Assembly (NCBI GenBank): GCA_903925275.1
Contig: CAIYES010000233.1
Coordinates: forward strand, 1,547 to 65,546
Origin: an uncultured Bacteroidales bacterium
GTDB lineage: Bacteria > Bacteroidota > Bacteroidia > Bacteroidales > FEN-979
Direction of reading: 5' to 3'
Length of the DNA stretch: 64,000 nucleotides
The notes under the pieces are model-generated. The model did no database searches and had not been told where the DNA came from. It saw only the letters and a list, made by a program, of their open reading frames with translations. The position numbers and the translations under genes were made by a program. Positions within the stretch are counted from its first letter, which is position 1. Each line of letters begins with the position of its first letter. Of the stretch, positions 10,012-20,198 are shown piece by piece.

Positions 10012-11304
10012 TTATTTTCCTGCCAGCCACTCTTCGGGATTTTGTATCACCTTTCCCCGCCACAGTTCAAAATGCAACTCTGATTTTTTATCATCGGGAT
10101 TGGTATGTACCTTCCCGATAGCCTGTCTGGCCGAAACTTCCTGCCCCTCCCGCACCCGAACCTCCTCTAAGTTTGAATAAACTGTTAGGTAATCACCATG
10201 ACGGATAATTACAACTTTATTAAGGTTGGGAAAGGACATCACACGGCTCACCCTTCCGTTAAATACCGTCTTAATTGCTGATTCCGGCTCGGTCATGATG
10301 TCGACACCATTGTTCTTAACTGTAACATGATCCAGCACCGGATGGGGATGCTCGCCAAAACTGCCGGAAATAAAACCCCGGTCACATGGCCATGGCAACC
10401 GACCCCGGTTAGCAGAGAATGATGATGACAATTCCTTTTCAAGGGGTGTAAATTCCATTACCGGGCTATGGGCTGCCTCTTTTGTCGTTGATGCCGGTTT
10501 ATTCAGCTTCGCATCCTTTTTCCGCGATCGTGCTTCAGAGGCTTTAATATCCTCCGCTATCAGCTTTTCTATTTCATTTTCAAGCTCTGCTGCAGCCTTT
10601 TGTTTCACTTTCAATGTTGCCAGCAATTGCTTTTCTTTGGATGAAAACTCTTTAACAGCCTCGGCCTTCTCCGTTTTTTCCCTGTCAAGCTTTTGTTTTT
10701 CCAATTGTTGCGACTGAACCAGGGTTAGTTTTTCAATTTTTACCGACTCCAGTTCCTTCCGGTGGTCGTCAATCGCGTGTTTTGTCGATTCTATCTTGGC
10801 AACCTGGTGGCGACGGTACGAACTATACTGCTGGTAATATTTCAGACGCTGATATGCCTGGTTAAAATCCTTTGCCGCGAAAATAAACATCAATTTATTG
10901 TGCCCATTCATAGTCCGGTATGCATAATAGATCATCCGTGCATATTCCGTTTTCATATCCTGAAGCTGTTTTGACATCCGTTCGATCTGAAGATTTTCTA
11001 CCGAAATCTGTACCTGAACATCATTCAGTTGCAGATTGATGGTATTGATCAACGCTTGCCGGCTTTTGATCTGTTTTGCCAGTATTTGAAGTTTGTTGAG
11101 AGAAGTTTGCTTGTTTTTCTGCGTTTTTTCCAATAATTCGCTGGTAAAACGGATATCCTGTTCAAGTTGTTTTTTCGTACGCTGTAATTTCTCTTTATCT
11201 TTTGACAATTGGGAATAACCCGTTGCATTTGAAAGCATGAAAAATACCATCAGCAGAAAGTTGGCATATGTGATTTTGCTGAAAAGGCATTTCCTTCTGA
11301 TCAT
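10012..11304 (-). CDS. M23 family metallopeptidase with long coiled coil (EnvC-like murein hydrolase activator)
   Basis: About 250 aa of heptad-rich coiled coil followed by a LytM/M23 domain (GVDIMTE..., IRHGDYLTVYSNL, GKVH...ELHFELW). Confidence 0.8.
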   Translation of the reverse strand: MIRRKCLFSKITYANFLLMVFFMLSNATGYSQLSKDKEKLQRTKKQLEQDIRFTSELLEKTQKNKQTSLNKLQILAKQIKSRQALINTINLQLNDVQVQISVENLQIERMSKQLQDMKTEYARMIYYAYRTMNGHNKLMFIFAAKDFNQAYQRLKYYQQYSSYRRHQVAKIESTKHAIDDHRKELESVKIEKLTLVQSQQLEKQKLDREKTEKAEAVKEFSSKEKQLLATLKVKQKAAAELENEIEKLIAEDIKASEARSRKKDAKLNKPASTTKEAAHSPVMEFTPLEKELSSSFSANRGRLPWPCDRGFISGSFGEHPHPVLDHVTVKNNGVDIMTEPESAIKTVFNGRVSRVMSFPNLNKVVIIRHGDYLTVYSNLEEVRVREGQEVSARQAIGKVHTNPDDKKSELHFELWRGKVIQNPEEWLAGK

Positions 11305-11316
11305 CGGGTTGAATTG

Positions 11317-12147
11317 TTATTTAACCGGCAGGTAACTGGCAGGAATTTTAAAAGGAAATTGAAACGGTACATTGATGGCCATCCTTGAAAAATCAACTTT
11401 GACTCTGATCGTATTATCGGCCCAGATGATGTAATTCATCTTTCGTGGAAAAAGCTGATCCTGTACCAACTCAAAATCGGAATATGCCGATTCGAGCTTG
11501 ATATTATCGCGCCGAATCTCCTTTATGTCGGCATTGGTGATTTTAAAATTTTCAGGATCAAGCCAGATGTTCTGGATATAGATTTTCAGATTTTCCTGGC
11601 TGTTGCGTACGAATTTCCTGAGTTTTTGGCGTTCACCTGTTGAGAGTTTATACTCGCCGCGGTCGATGGATGCTCTGAATTTACTGCCCTCGTAAAATTC
11701 AAGGTCATTGCCGAGCAGAATGGCCTGCAACAAATCATAGTCGATGTTGGCATTGAGAAACCGGTTTACATATTCATAATTACCGATGAAATAGGTATCG
11801 TTGAGCCGGTTTATCATCTTAACTGAATCCTGGGAAATCATCAGTCTTACTGCCTCAATGCCAAGCATAGGGGTTAACGAAATCCAGATCAGGCTGTCTT
11901 TCCGGATACGGATCTGGCCATTAAAGGAATTTTCCTTGCCCTTATTCGAATATTCTGCCGAAAACTTCGCCGAAAACCAATCGAATTTCAACTCCTTTTC
12001 TTTCAATTTTCCAAATAAGAAATCAGCCCCCTCTTCTTTAATGGGCGCTTTCATCACTTTCCGCGCAGGGCTGCAGGATTCAAGAATAAAAAGAGAGGCC
12101 AGAAACAACCAAAAGAACCAGCAGGAGAATATGGGATACCTTTTCAT
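11317..12147 (-). CDS. DUF4292-type (LolB-like) lipoprotein
   Basis: Lipobox LESC. Size and position between the TPR and M23 genes downstream of dut, a block I recall as conserved in Bacteroidota. Confidence 0.6.
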   Translation of the reverse strand: MKRYPIFSCWFFWLFLASLFILESCSPARKVMKAPIKEEGADFLFGKLKEKELKFDWFSAKFSAEYSNKGKENSFNGQIRIRKDSLIWISLTPMLGIEAVRLMISQDSVKMINRLNDTYFIGNYEYVNRFLNANIDYDLLQAILLGNDLEFYEGSKFRASIDRGEYKLSTGERQKLRKFVRNSQENLKIYIQNIWLDPENFKITNADIKEIRRDNIKLESAYSDFELVQDQLFPRKMNYIIWADNTIRVKVDFSRMAINVPFQFPFKIPASYLPVK

Positions 12148-12150
12148 GAA

Positions 12151-13932
12151 TTATGGATGATATTTTTTATCAGCGATCTTTTTATCGAGTTGATCAGAGC
12201 CAGGGCCCTTTTGCTTTGCCTTCATCCAATATTCAACCGCCTGTGATTCATTGCCTAATTTGTAAAGCACATCTCCGTAATGTTCCAGCACTTCGGCGCT
12301 CGCTTCTTCCTTGTTTTGCAACGCTTTATAAATCCATTCGCCAGCCTCTTTATATTTTTCCTGTGCAAAGAGTACCCAGCCATATGTATCCTGGAACGAT
12401 GCATTCTGCGGTTCAAGTGCCACTGCCTTTTTCGCCATTTTCTCAGCTTTATCCAAATTGCTCCCGCGCAGGGAGAGATAATAGGCGTAGTTGTTTAGCA
12501 CATAGGCATTGTCGTCCTTCAATAGTATTGATTTCTCATACGCTTTGAATGCATCTTGTTCATTCTTCAATGCATGACAGGCATCCCCCTCATACATATA
12601 GAACTGTGCAAGGAGTTCATTGTCATCAACCACCAGCTTCGCACCGGAAGTCAACAATGCAAGGGCTTGCTCATTCTTTTTTAACTGAAGACAGGCCAAT
12701 CCTGTAAAGAGAAAAGGCAGGGGCAACTCTGGAAAAAGCTCTACGGCACGGGTACCGTAAGTAACCAGATGTTCATATTCACTCAGTTGCAGATCAAGGC
12801 GGAGAATCTGTTCCCAAATGGCGTATCTGCCGCTATCCAGTGCCAGCACCTTAAGAAAGGTTTCCCTTGCCTCGGGATATTTTTTATCCTGGGTTAATAA
12901 ATCACCATAAATGGAATAAACTTTCGGATCTTTCGGATGTGTTTCAATGAGAATTTTCGCCAATGTAAACGCCTGGTCTTTTAAGTCATTGTATAGCTGA
13001 TTCACACTGTAAAATGAAAGCAGGATGTTTACCTTGGTATCAACATCGAGGTTGGGAGTGGCAAAACCGAGTTTGAGTTCTTCGAATGCCTTTTCTTTAT
13101 CCCCGGTTTTGCGATAAAAATCGGCCATCGACATATGAATATAGGCATTTTCAGGATCCTTCGCGGCAATTTTTTTATACATCTCAAGCGCCTTGTCGGG
13201 TTTGTTGTTGGCAATATAAAATTCAGCAAGTATCGATTGGTAACGGCTTTCAACAGGAAATGCCAGTATTAATTTCTGAATTTCATTTTCGGCGCCCTTC
13301 AAGTCATTCTGGTGCAGGTAAATTTTCTCTTTCTGGATTGAAACCTCTTCTGAAATCCCGGCGTTTTCTTCGATACGGTTATAGACTTTGATGGCGTCCC
13401 CATATTTTTCTACCTGAAGATACAGGGCAGCAAGTTGATACAGGTAATCAAGGTTGTCGGAATTTTTTTCAATAATTTTCTCATAAATTTCAATGGCATC
13501 CCCAGGCCGGGTGGAGTTCTGGTAAAGTTCGGCAAGGAAAAGTGAATACCATAAATTGTCAGGATCGAGACGCGTTGCCTCCTTGCACATCCTGATGGCC
13601 TCATCCTGATTTTTCTGCATCGATTCGATACGGGCCATTTCGTAGTAACCAACCGGATCATCCGGGTAACGGCTTACATAGTGTCGGAACATCTCCTGCG
13701 CACCTTTAAAATTCCCGATGATGGCCTCTTTTTTGGCATCGATCAGCATGCCTTGATTACCCGGGTTTAACCCTGATGGTGCGGATTGTTCCTTTTTTGA
13801 CTTTTTCTTATTCTGTTTTTGCTTATCAGGCATTTTATACCCGGCAACTGATTCGACCCCCTTTATTTCACAGGTATTTGCAGAAAGCCCAAGTGATAAA
13901 ATAAAAAATATGATAATTATCGATCCTCTCAT
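12151..13932 (-). CDS. Tetratricopeptide-repeat protein
   Basis: Repeated about 34-aa A/Y/L-patterned units throughout, with a signal peptide. Confidence 0.8.
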   Translation of the reverse strand: MRGSIIIIFFILSLGLSANTCEIKGVESVAGYKMPDKQKQNKKKSKKEQSAPSGLNPGNQGMLIDAKKEAIIGNFKGAQEMFRHYVSRYPDDPVGYYEMARIESMQKNQDEAIRMCKEATRLDPDNLWYSLFLAELYQNSTRPGDAIEIYEKIIEKNSDNLDYLYQLAALYLQVEKYGDAIKVYNRIEENAGISEEVSIQKEKIYLHQNDLKGAENEIQKLILAFPVESRYQSILAEFYIANNKPDKALEMYKKIAAKDPENAYIHMSMADFYRKTGDKEKAFEELKLGFATPNLDVDTKVNILLSFYSVNQLYNDLKDQAFTLAKILIETHPKDPKVYSIYGDLLTQDKKYPEARETFLKVLALDSGRYAIWEQILRLDLQLSEYEHLVTYGTRAVELFPELPLPFLFTGLACLQLKKNEQALALLTSGAKLVVDDNELLAQFYMYEGDACHALKNEQDAFKAYEKSILLKDDNAYVLNNYAYYLSLRGSNLDKAEKMAKKAVALEPQNASFQDTYGWVLFAQEKYKEAGEWIYKALQNKEEASAEVLEHYGDVLYKLGNESQAVEYWMKAKQKGPGSDQLDKKIADKKYHP

Positions 13933-13959
13933 GCGTAATTTTTAATGGGTAATTTTTAA

Positions 13960-14394
13960 TTACTTCGTTCCGGTGTGACCAAACCCGCCGGAGCCACGTT
14001 CGGTAGCAACCAGTTCCTCAACTTCAACCCAGTCGGCCTGTTCGTGTGCGGCAATTACCATTTGAGCGATCCGCTCACCATCGCCGATCACAACCACCTC
14101 ATTCGATAAATTGATCAGAATGACTTTAATTTCCCCCCGGTAATCGGCATCGATCGTTCCCGGCGTATTCAGCAGGGTGATCCCGCTTTTGATGGCAAGT
14201 CCGCTGCGTGGCCTGATCTGGGCTTCATACCCAACCGGAATTTCAATATGCAATCCGGTCGGAACGAGAATCCGCTCCAAAGGTTTCAGTACGATGTCGG
14301 TATCAAGGTTTGCACGCAAATCCATTCCTGCAGATGCCTGTGTTTCGTAGGCAGGCAAAGGATGTTTTGAGTGATTGACAATCCTGATCTTCAT
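13960..14394 (-). CDS. dut: dUTP diphosphatase
   Basis: 144 aa. Motifs [24 protein letters not shown] and a C-terminal [10 protein letters not shown]. Confidence 0.95.
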   Translation of the reverse strand: MKIRIVNHSKHPLPAYETQASAGMDLRANLDTDIVLKPLERILVPTGLHIEIPVGYEAQIRPRSGLAIKSGITLLNTPGTIDADYRGEIKVILINLSNEVVVIGDGERIAQMVIAAHEQADWVEVEELVATERGSGGFGHTGTK

Positions 14395-14432
14395 GGTTAT
14401 AAGTAAGGCTGCAAAGGTAATAAAATTCCTGG

Positions 14433-15932
14433 TTACCGGGATGTGGAAAGCCTGGGCACTTCAATAAGATATACAACTGCCGCAAACACCACGAGCAGAA
14501 AAGTGTGAAACATGATACGCAGAATGGTTCCCTCTAAAACAGTATAACTGCTTATTCCGTATAGCAATACGGCAAATCCAAGGTATCCGAAAAATTTGAA
14601 GAGGTTATATTTCACCGGGAAATAATGTTGTCCGATCAGGTATGACAGTACCATCATAAGCGCATAACAAATAAATGTAGCCCAGGCAGAACCTAAGTAT
14701 CCATGGATCAGATGGTCGGCGCCAAGCGGAATCCACCAGAAGTTCAGCACAAGGGTAACCACCGCGCCAATCACAGACAGCCAGGCGCCCCAAATCGTCT
14801 TCGAAGTGAGTTTGTACCAGATCGAAAGGTTGTAATAAACCCCAAGAAACAGGTTGGCCATCAATAGGATGGGAATAACCCCTTTGCCCTCCCAGTAGTT
14901 TTTTCCAATAAACTTCCGCATGATAAAATCGTCAAGATAGACCATGGTTACCAGGAAGATAAATGAAACCGTGATGATAAAATAATCCATGATCCGTGCA
15001 TATACTATTTTAGCATCCTTCTCTTTGGCTTGTGCAAAAAAGAAAGGTTCGGCGGCATACTTGTATGCCTGGACGAAAATCGTCATCAGAATGGAAATTT
15101 TATAACATGCACTGTAAATTCCAACCTGGTAGGAAGCAACATCCTTTGGTAGTAAATACCGCAGCAGCAGCCTGTCGAAAGTCTCATTAACGATACCCGC
15201 CATTCCCGCGAAAAGCAATGGAAAGGCATAGATCAGCATGGCTTTAAGCAGTTTTGTGTCTGCTTTCCATTTCATCTCCATAAACTGAGGAACCAGCAGC
15301 AGGAGCGTAGCAGCACTGGCGATTAAATTTGATATGAAAATATATTCGATGCCCCAGTCGGGACGGTATAGTAATAAAATGACCCGGTTGGCTGCTCCCC
15401 ATGATTCATGCCTGATAATATACGGGCAAAGCAGGATAAAAAACAGGTTCAGCCCAAAGTTGATCATGATGTTAGCCAGGTTGATCCCTGCGAAACGGAA
15501 AGCCCTGTTCTGCGCCCTGAGCCGGGCAAACGGAAGCTTTGAAAGGGCATCCAAGACCAACATCCATGCAAACCACTGTACATATTCAGGATGTCGGGCA
15601 TAATCGATCCAGGCAGCAACATTTTTCGAAAAGACAAAGGAAAGAAATAAGAATATCAGGGAGGAAAAAATCAGGGAGATCATGCCGGTACTGAAAACCT
15701 TTTCTTTGTCCCTTTCGCTTTCGTTAAACCGGAAAAAAGCTGTTTCCATCCCATAAGTCAGGATGACCATCAGGAAAGCTGCATAAGCATAGAACACCGT
15801 AACCGTTCCATATTCTCCCGGTAAAAAAACCCGTGTATACAACGGAACGAGTAAATACCCGAGGATGCGCCCCAGAATGCTTGATAGCCCGTAAATGGCA
15901 GTTTGACCGGCAAGTTTTTTAAAAGGATTCAT
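14433..15932 (-). CDS. MOP-superfamily polysaccharide/oligosaccharide flippase (Wzx/polysaccharide biosynthesis protein)
   Basis: About 14 TM helices. Start moved to [10 protein letters not shown] (ATG at 15932) because the track's 21-aa extension is translated tandem repeat. Confidence 0.75.
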   Translation of the reverse strand: MNPFKKLAGQTAIYGLSSILGRILGYLLVPLYTRVFLPGEYGTVTVFYAYAAFLMVILTYGMETAFFRFNESERDKEKVFSTGMISLIFSSLIFLFLSFVFSKNVAAWIDYARHPEYVQWFAWMLVLDALSKLPFARLRAQNRAFRFAGINLANIMINFGLNLFFILLCPYIIRHESWGAANRVILLLYRPDWGIEYIFISNLIASAATLLLLVPQFMEMKWKADTKLLKAMLIYAFPLLFAGMAGIVNETFDRLLLRYLLPKDVASYQVGIYSACYKISILMTIFVQAYKYAAEPFFFAQAKEKDAKIVYARIMDYFIITVSFIFLVTMVYLDDFIMRKFIGKNYWEGKGVIPILLMANLFLGVYYNLSIWYKLTSKTIWGAWLSVIGAVVTLVLNFWWIPLGADHLIHGYLGSAWATFICYALMMVLSYLIGQHYFPVKYNLFKFFGYLGFAVLLYGISSYTVLEGTILRIMFHTFLLVVFAAVVYLIEVPRLSTSR

Positions 15933-15966
15933 CAGGACAAAGATATCGGTTTTTTGAATTACTTTG

Positions 15967-16106
15967 GCAGGGAGTAGGCAGTAGGCAGTAGGCAATAGGC
16001 AGTAGGCAGTAGGTGATAAGTGTTAAGTGTTAAGTGTTAAGTGTTAAGTGTTAAGTGTTAAGTGTTAAGTTTTAAGTGTTAAGTGTTAAGTGTTAAGTGT
16101 TAAGTT
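15967..16106. repeat. Tandem heptanucleotide array, about 20 units in one continuous phase (GTAGGCA block changing into TTAAGTG block)
   Basis: Read directly. GTAGGCA units at 15974-16008, transitional units GTAGGTG and ATAAGTG, then TTAAGTG/TTAAGTT units at 16023-16106. Confidence 0.95.
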
Positions 16107-16135
16107 ATTACCCTGTTCTTTCATTATTTATTTCC

Positions 16136-16186
16136 TGCATTTCCCTGCATTAATTGCATTGTTTGCATTGTTTGCATTGTTTGCAT
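16136..16186. repeat. Six TGCAT(T) motifs at 10,9,9,9,9-bp spacing (TTGCATTGT nonamer repeat)
   Basis: TGCAT at 16136, 16146, 16155, 16164, 16173 and 16182. A TACTTTTG -7-like box follows at 16193-16200. Confidence 0.9.
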
Positions 16187-16204
16187 TTTGTTTACTTTTG
16201 TTTC

Positions 16205-16837
16205 ATGCCGAAAAACAAATTCTACGTCGTGTGGCAAGGTAAGATCCGCGGCATTTACGACAGTTGGGCCGACTGCAAAAAGCAGGTTGACGGTTTCGAT
16301 GGTGCCTTATACAAGGGATTTCCAACCCTCGACCTGGCAAAAAATGCGCTGAATGACGATCCGCGCAGGTATATGTCGAAGGGGCTGCATGTTCCTAAAA
16401 AGATTGTTTGTTCCAATCCGCTGATCGGTGAACCTGTTTCCGACAGTATTTGTGTAGATGCCGCATGTGCCGGAAACCCGGGCATCCTCGAGTACCGTGG
16501 TGTGGATACCAAATCGGGTGCTGAACTCTTTCGCATGGGACCTTTCCCCGAAGGAACCGTGAACCTTGGAGAATTTCTCGGCATCGTTCATGCCCTTGCC
16601 TACCTGAAACAACGCAACAGCGACTGGCCGGTATATTCCGATTCACGAACTGCCATCGCCTGGGTTCGCAAAAAGGCTATCAACACGAACCTTGCTGTTT
16701 CGCCGAAAAACGAAAAACTGTTCGCCCTTGTGAGCCGCGCCATTACCTGGATTAACGAGAACCAATGGCCAAACAAAATATTAAAATGGGAAACGGAATT
16801 CTGGGGGGAGATCCCGGCAGATTTCGGAAGAAAATGA
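16205..16837 (+). CDS. rnhA: Ribonuclease H1 with N-terminal hybrid-binding (viroplasmin-like) domain
   Basis: KFYVVWQGKIRGIYDSWADCKKQVDGFDGALYKGF matches the RNase H1 N-terminal domain. An RNase H catalytic region follows (VDAACAGNPG...EY...VYSDS). Start moved to ATG 16205; the upstream MHCLHCLHCLH is translated repeat. Confidence 0.8.
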   Translation: MPKNKFYVVWQGKIRGIYDSWADCKKQVDGFDGALYKGFPTLDLAKNALNDDPRRYMSKGLHVPKKIVCSNPLIGEPVSDSICVDAACAGNPGILEYRGVDTKSGAELFRMGPFPEGTVNLGEFLGIVHALAYLKQRNSDWPVYSDSRTAIAWVRKKAINTNLAVSPKNEKLFALVSRAITWINENQWPNKILKWETEFWGEIPADFGRK

Positions 16838-16864
16838 TTACCTTCGTTCCTCAATATTTTCGAT

Positions 16865-17572
16865 ATGCGTCTGCAAATTCTTACTCTTTTTGCCTTCCTT
16901 TTGCTTAGCGCCTGCAGCAACAAGGACACGCCGGTGTATGTTCAATGCTATCCCCTGATGCCCTCCCCCCACCGTATTTCGGAGGAGATACTTTACTCAG
17001 GACCCGATACAACTTACGTGAAAAGTACATTTTTTATTTACGATGGTTCCGGCCGTTTGGTTTTTAAACTATCCTCCCAGGGCGGAATCAAGGATACCAT
17101 TGAAAGATATACCTATTTTTCAGATAAAATTATCATGAACTCACTCGAATATACCCTGAACGGAGCGGGATTGGCTGTGTCACTTTACAATTTAAAAACC
17201 TGGATGTACAGTGCATCAGGGTATCTCACGGAAGAAACTGAAACCTATGGCGGCGGAGCCTATGCCAGTCAGGTTTATTACACCTGTTACAACGCCGAAC
17301 AGATCATCACAAGGCATCAAACCTCGCTTGGAACCTTTACTGATACAACCTTTTATCACCATTATACCGACATGGTCAACACGATTGGGAATGAAAACCA
17401 CGGGATTCTATTCCTTGGCCGGCAGGACAATACACTGCTTAAATCACAAATCAAAAATGGCCAGACACTCTATGTCTATACCTATGTGCTTGATTCAATG
17501 AACCGCGTGCTGTGGGAAACGAACGCCGACCAGAACGGAAACCTTACCTACCGGAAGTTTCAATACCTATAA
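16865..17572 (+). CDS. Hypothetical lipoprotein
   Basis: Signal peptide with lipobox LLSAC; no recognisable domain. Confidence 0.5.
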   Translation: MRLQILTLFAFLLLSACSNKDTPVYVQCYPLMPSPHRISEEILYSGPDTTYVKSTFFIYDGSGRLVFKLSSQGGIKDTIERYTYFSDKIIMNSLEYTLNGAGLAVSLYNLKTWMYSASGYLTEETETYGGGAYASQVYYTCYNAEQIITRHQTSLGTFTDTTFYHHYTDMVNTIGNENHGILFLGRQDNTLLKSQIKNGQTLYVYTYVLDSMNRVLWETNADQNGNLTYRKFQYL

Positions 17573-17929
17573 AGTCGCGTAAAAGGCGTCAACAATGTGG
17601 TTGATCGTTTTTCCCTCAGGTCGGATCAGTATGGTAACAATATCAAACCTCACCTCCCCGGGATGCCTGCGATAGCGTGCATAGGCGTTGGCTGCACGCA
17701 CCAGAATCCGCTGCTTGTGCTTTGTCACCGATGTTTCGGGTTCGGCGAAAACATTGGAAGAGCGGGTTTTCACCTCCACGATCACGAGAAAATTGCCATC
17801 AATGGCAATGATATCGATCTCCTCTTTTCCCCACCGCCAGTTCCTTTCAAGGATGCGGTATCCCTTTCCTTCGAGGTGAGCGACTGCTAAGTCTTCCCCT
17901 GCTTTTCCCAATGCAAGATTGTCTTTCAT
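17567..17929 (-). CDS. yraN: YraN-family (UPF0102) endonuclease-like protein
   Basis: GKAGEDLAVAHLEGKGYRILERNWR..., EIDIIA and VIVEVKTR match the family signature; 120 aa. Confidence 0.85.
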   Translation of the reverse strand: MKDNLALGKAGEDLAVAHLEGKGYRILERNWRWGKEEIDIIAIDGNFLVIVEVKTRSSNVFAEPETSVTKHKQRILVRAANAYARYRRHPGEVRFDIVTILIRPEGKTINHIVDAFYATL

Positions 17930-17972
17930 ATTATGGGCTGATTACATCGCAATGGCATAGAATTTTATGCCC

Positions 17973-18878
17973 CTACGACGGTAAAAAATCCAATTCCACC
18001 TCATCTCCCACCCGCAGGCTGACCTTGCGCCCCAGGATCAGCGCCAGGTTTGTATCGAGATGTCCGGCAGGAAAATCAAAACAAACCGGAAATTTATACT
18101 CTTTTACAACATCAGCAATAATCTCCCCGGCGCTCTTCCCAAATGGGATGACATTGTCATTCATTTTGCTCATTCCTCCCACGATAAGTCCTTTAATACG
18201 GGCAAGTTTACCGGCCCGGTAAAGGTTTATCATCATACGGTCTATATGGTACAGATATTCGTCCACGTCTTCCAGAAACAGGATCTTTCCTGTGGTATCC
18301 AACTCAGAAACCGACCCCATGAGGTTGTGCAGGATTGACAAATTCCCTCCGACCAGCAACCCTTCCGCAATGCCTCCACGCGACAAGAATGGTTTAGGAT
18401 AAGCATAGGCGATAGGCTCTCCGAAGAGAGCACTGATCAATGTTTGCAGCGTTTCATCCCTTTTTTCGTTTTTAATATTGATGGGCATGACTGCATGAAG
18501 TGTTTCGATCCCAAACAACTGATGAATATGGGCATGCAGCACCGTAACATCGCTGTACCCAACGATCCACTTTGGACTTTTGCGAAACTTTGTAAAATCA
18601 AGTTTGTCAATGATGCGCACCGTGCCGTATCCGCCCCTGGAACAAATAATCGCCCGGATGGTATCATCATCAAGCATTTGTTGAAAATCCTTGCAACGCT
18701 GCCCATCGGTACCGGCAAACTGATGATGTTTGCTAAAGACATGGGTTCCTAAAACCACTTCCAGGTCGTTTCGTTGAAAAAAACGGATGGCCGGATGAAC
18801 TTCATCGAAGGTAATGCTCCGGGCCGGAGAAACAATGGCGATTTTATCGCCCTTTTTAAGATAAGCTGGCCTGATCAT
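17973..18878 (-). CDS. ldcA: LD-carboxypeptidase (S66, muramoyltetrapeptide carboxypeptidase)
   Basis: IAIVSPA, RGGYG and the GYSDVT nucleophile motif, with a C-terminal ..FPAGH.. region. Confidence 0.85.
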   Translation of the reverse strand: MIRPAYLKKGDKIAIVSPARSITFDEVHPAIRFFQRNDLEVVLGTHVFSKHHQFAGTDGQRCKDFQQMLDDDTIRAIICSRGGYGTVRIIDKLDFTKFRKSPKWIVGYSDVTVLHAHIHQLFGIETLHAVMPINIKNEKRDETLQTLISALFGEPIAYAYPKPFLSRGGIAEGLLVGGNLSILHNLMGSVSELDTTGKILFLEDVDEYLYHIDRMMINLYRAGKLARIKGLIVGGMSKMNDNVIPFGKSAGEIIADVVKEYKFPVCFDFPAGHLDTNLALILGRKVSLRVGDEVELDFLPS

Positions 18879-18951
18879 GCTTCAAAAGTAACTAAAATGA
18901 GGAAACATTTTTTTATTATTCCTACTTTTGTTCTTCTAAAAACCAACTCCC

Positions 18952-20154
18952 ATGAGAATTTTTTCATACCTGCTCCTGTTTGTATTTTCGATCTCGACAA
19001 CCCTCATCCAGGGACAACGACCTGTCGTTTTAGTTTCCTTTTCATTCCTGAATTATGATCTCAATACACACATCGCAGGAACCGGAGGGATTTCCATGGT
19101 ATCCTCTCAGCTTTACCCTGAAACCGGGCTGATTCACAACCCAGCCCTGCTTGCAAACGATCAACGGTTCTTCACTGCAAATGGCGCTGCTGCAACCATG
19201 TTGCGACTGAACGATATAGATAACTGGACTGGCGACTTGAGCGGATCCTATGCATTCAATGCAAACAATAACATCGGATTCAGCATTTCATATTTTGATA
19301 ATGGCAATATTTACGTGGTCGCTCCCCCCGATCCTGAAGGGTTATACACGACCAGATATTATGACCTTTCTGCAAAAGTTGTCTATTCCCATTCGTTCGG
19401 AAAGGGAATCTCTTTGGGAGGAGCTATAAAATACTGTCGGTCGGATTTTGACAACGCTGATATAGGCTATGGATACAAAATGAAATCCATGAATGGAGTT
19501 GCCGTGGATATCGGTTTCAGCTACCGCAAATCGTTCAACCTGGCTCCATGGTTAAACCTTGGATTAAACACCGGTATTGCTGCAACCGACCTTGGCCCAA
19601 AGGTCAGCTATGATTACGGCGTTGCTTCGGGAAAAATGTTCCTGCCTTCACAACTGCGTGTAGGTTTGCTGTTGACCCCTGAATTCATTCTCCCTTCAAA
19701 CTGGAGAATTGCACTTGATGTTGCCTTGCAGGCTGACAAACCAATGACTCCCTCGCAACCTGAATATGTTCTGAACGATGATGGTTCCTATTCTATAACC
19801 AAAGGCATTGATCCTGATGTCTCAGCATTCAGGGCTCTTTATCAATCCTTTTATGATTCCCCGGAAGGATTCAAGGGTGAGATCGACGAAATTGTCAATC
19901 ATGCCGGATCGGAATTAAGATTTTTGTGGAACAATAAGGTTTATTTCGCCATCAGATATGGTCATTCCTGGAAACCGCAGCAGTCGGGATACTATTCGTC
20001 AGGAGCCGGTGGCCTGGGGGTGGGATTTTTTGGTTTCTACATGGATTTTTTCCATGTACTCGACAGGCCCAATACTTACGAAGAAATTCATAAGAACTAC
20101 GGATTCTCTTTCGGCTTCAGGGGTAATCTTTCCGGAAAAATGTTCAGGTTCTGA
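18952..20154 (+). CDS. Outer-membrane beta-barrel protein, PorV/PorQ-like (putative T9SS-associated)
   Basis: Signal peptide. N-terminal AGTGGISMVSS...HNPALLA resembles the PorV/FadL-type motif. About 400 aa with a terminal F. Assigned from memory of the family only. Confidence 0.45.
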   Translation: MRIFSYLLLFVFSISTTLIQGQRPVVLVSFSFLNYDLNTHIAGTGGISMVSSQLYPETGLIHNPALLANDQRFFTANGAAATMLRLNDIDNWTGDLSGSYAFNANNNIGFSISYFDNGNIYVVAPPDPEGLYTTRYYDLSAKVVYSHSFGKGISLGGAIKYCRSDFDNADIGYGYKMKSMNGVAVDIGFSYRKSFNLAPWLNLGLNTGIAATDLGPKVSYDYGVASGKMFLPSQLRVGLLLTPEFILPSNWRIALDVALQADKPMTPSQPEYVLNDDGSYSITKGIDPDVSAFRALYQSFYDSPEGFKGEIDEIVNHAGSELRFLWNNKVYFAIRYGHSWKPQQSGYYSSGAGGLGVGFFGFYMDFFHVLDRPNTYEEIHKNYGFSFGFRGNLSGKMFRF

Positions 20155-20198
20155 TCTGTTTTCATTACTTCATGGTTAATAATTTCTATTTTAGAGGC

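Noticed and set aside
15933-15995. 21-aa N-terminal extension of the flippase ORF (MPTAYCLLPAKVIQKTDIFVL)
   Set aside because: It is a translation of the GTAGGCA tandem repeat read on the minus strand. A normal start [10 protein letters not shown] exists at 15932.
15967-16186. Possible CRISPR array
   Set aside because: The units are 7 and 9 bp with no unique spacers, so these are microsatellite-type tandem repeats. No cas genes are present in the window.
16154-16204. MHCLHCLHCLHFVYFCF N-terminal extension of the RNase H1 ORF
   Set aside because: It is a translation of the TTGCATTGT nonamer repeat. The conserved hybrid-binding domain begins right after ATG 16205.
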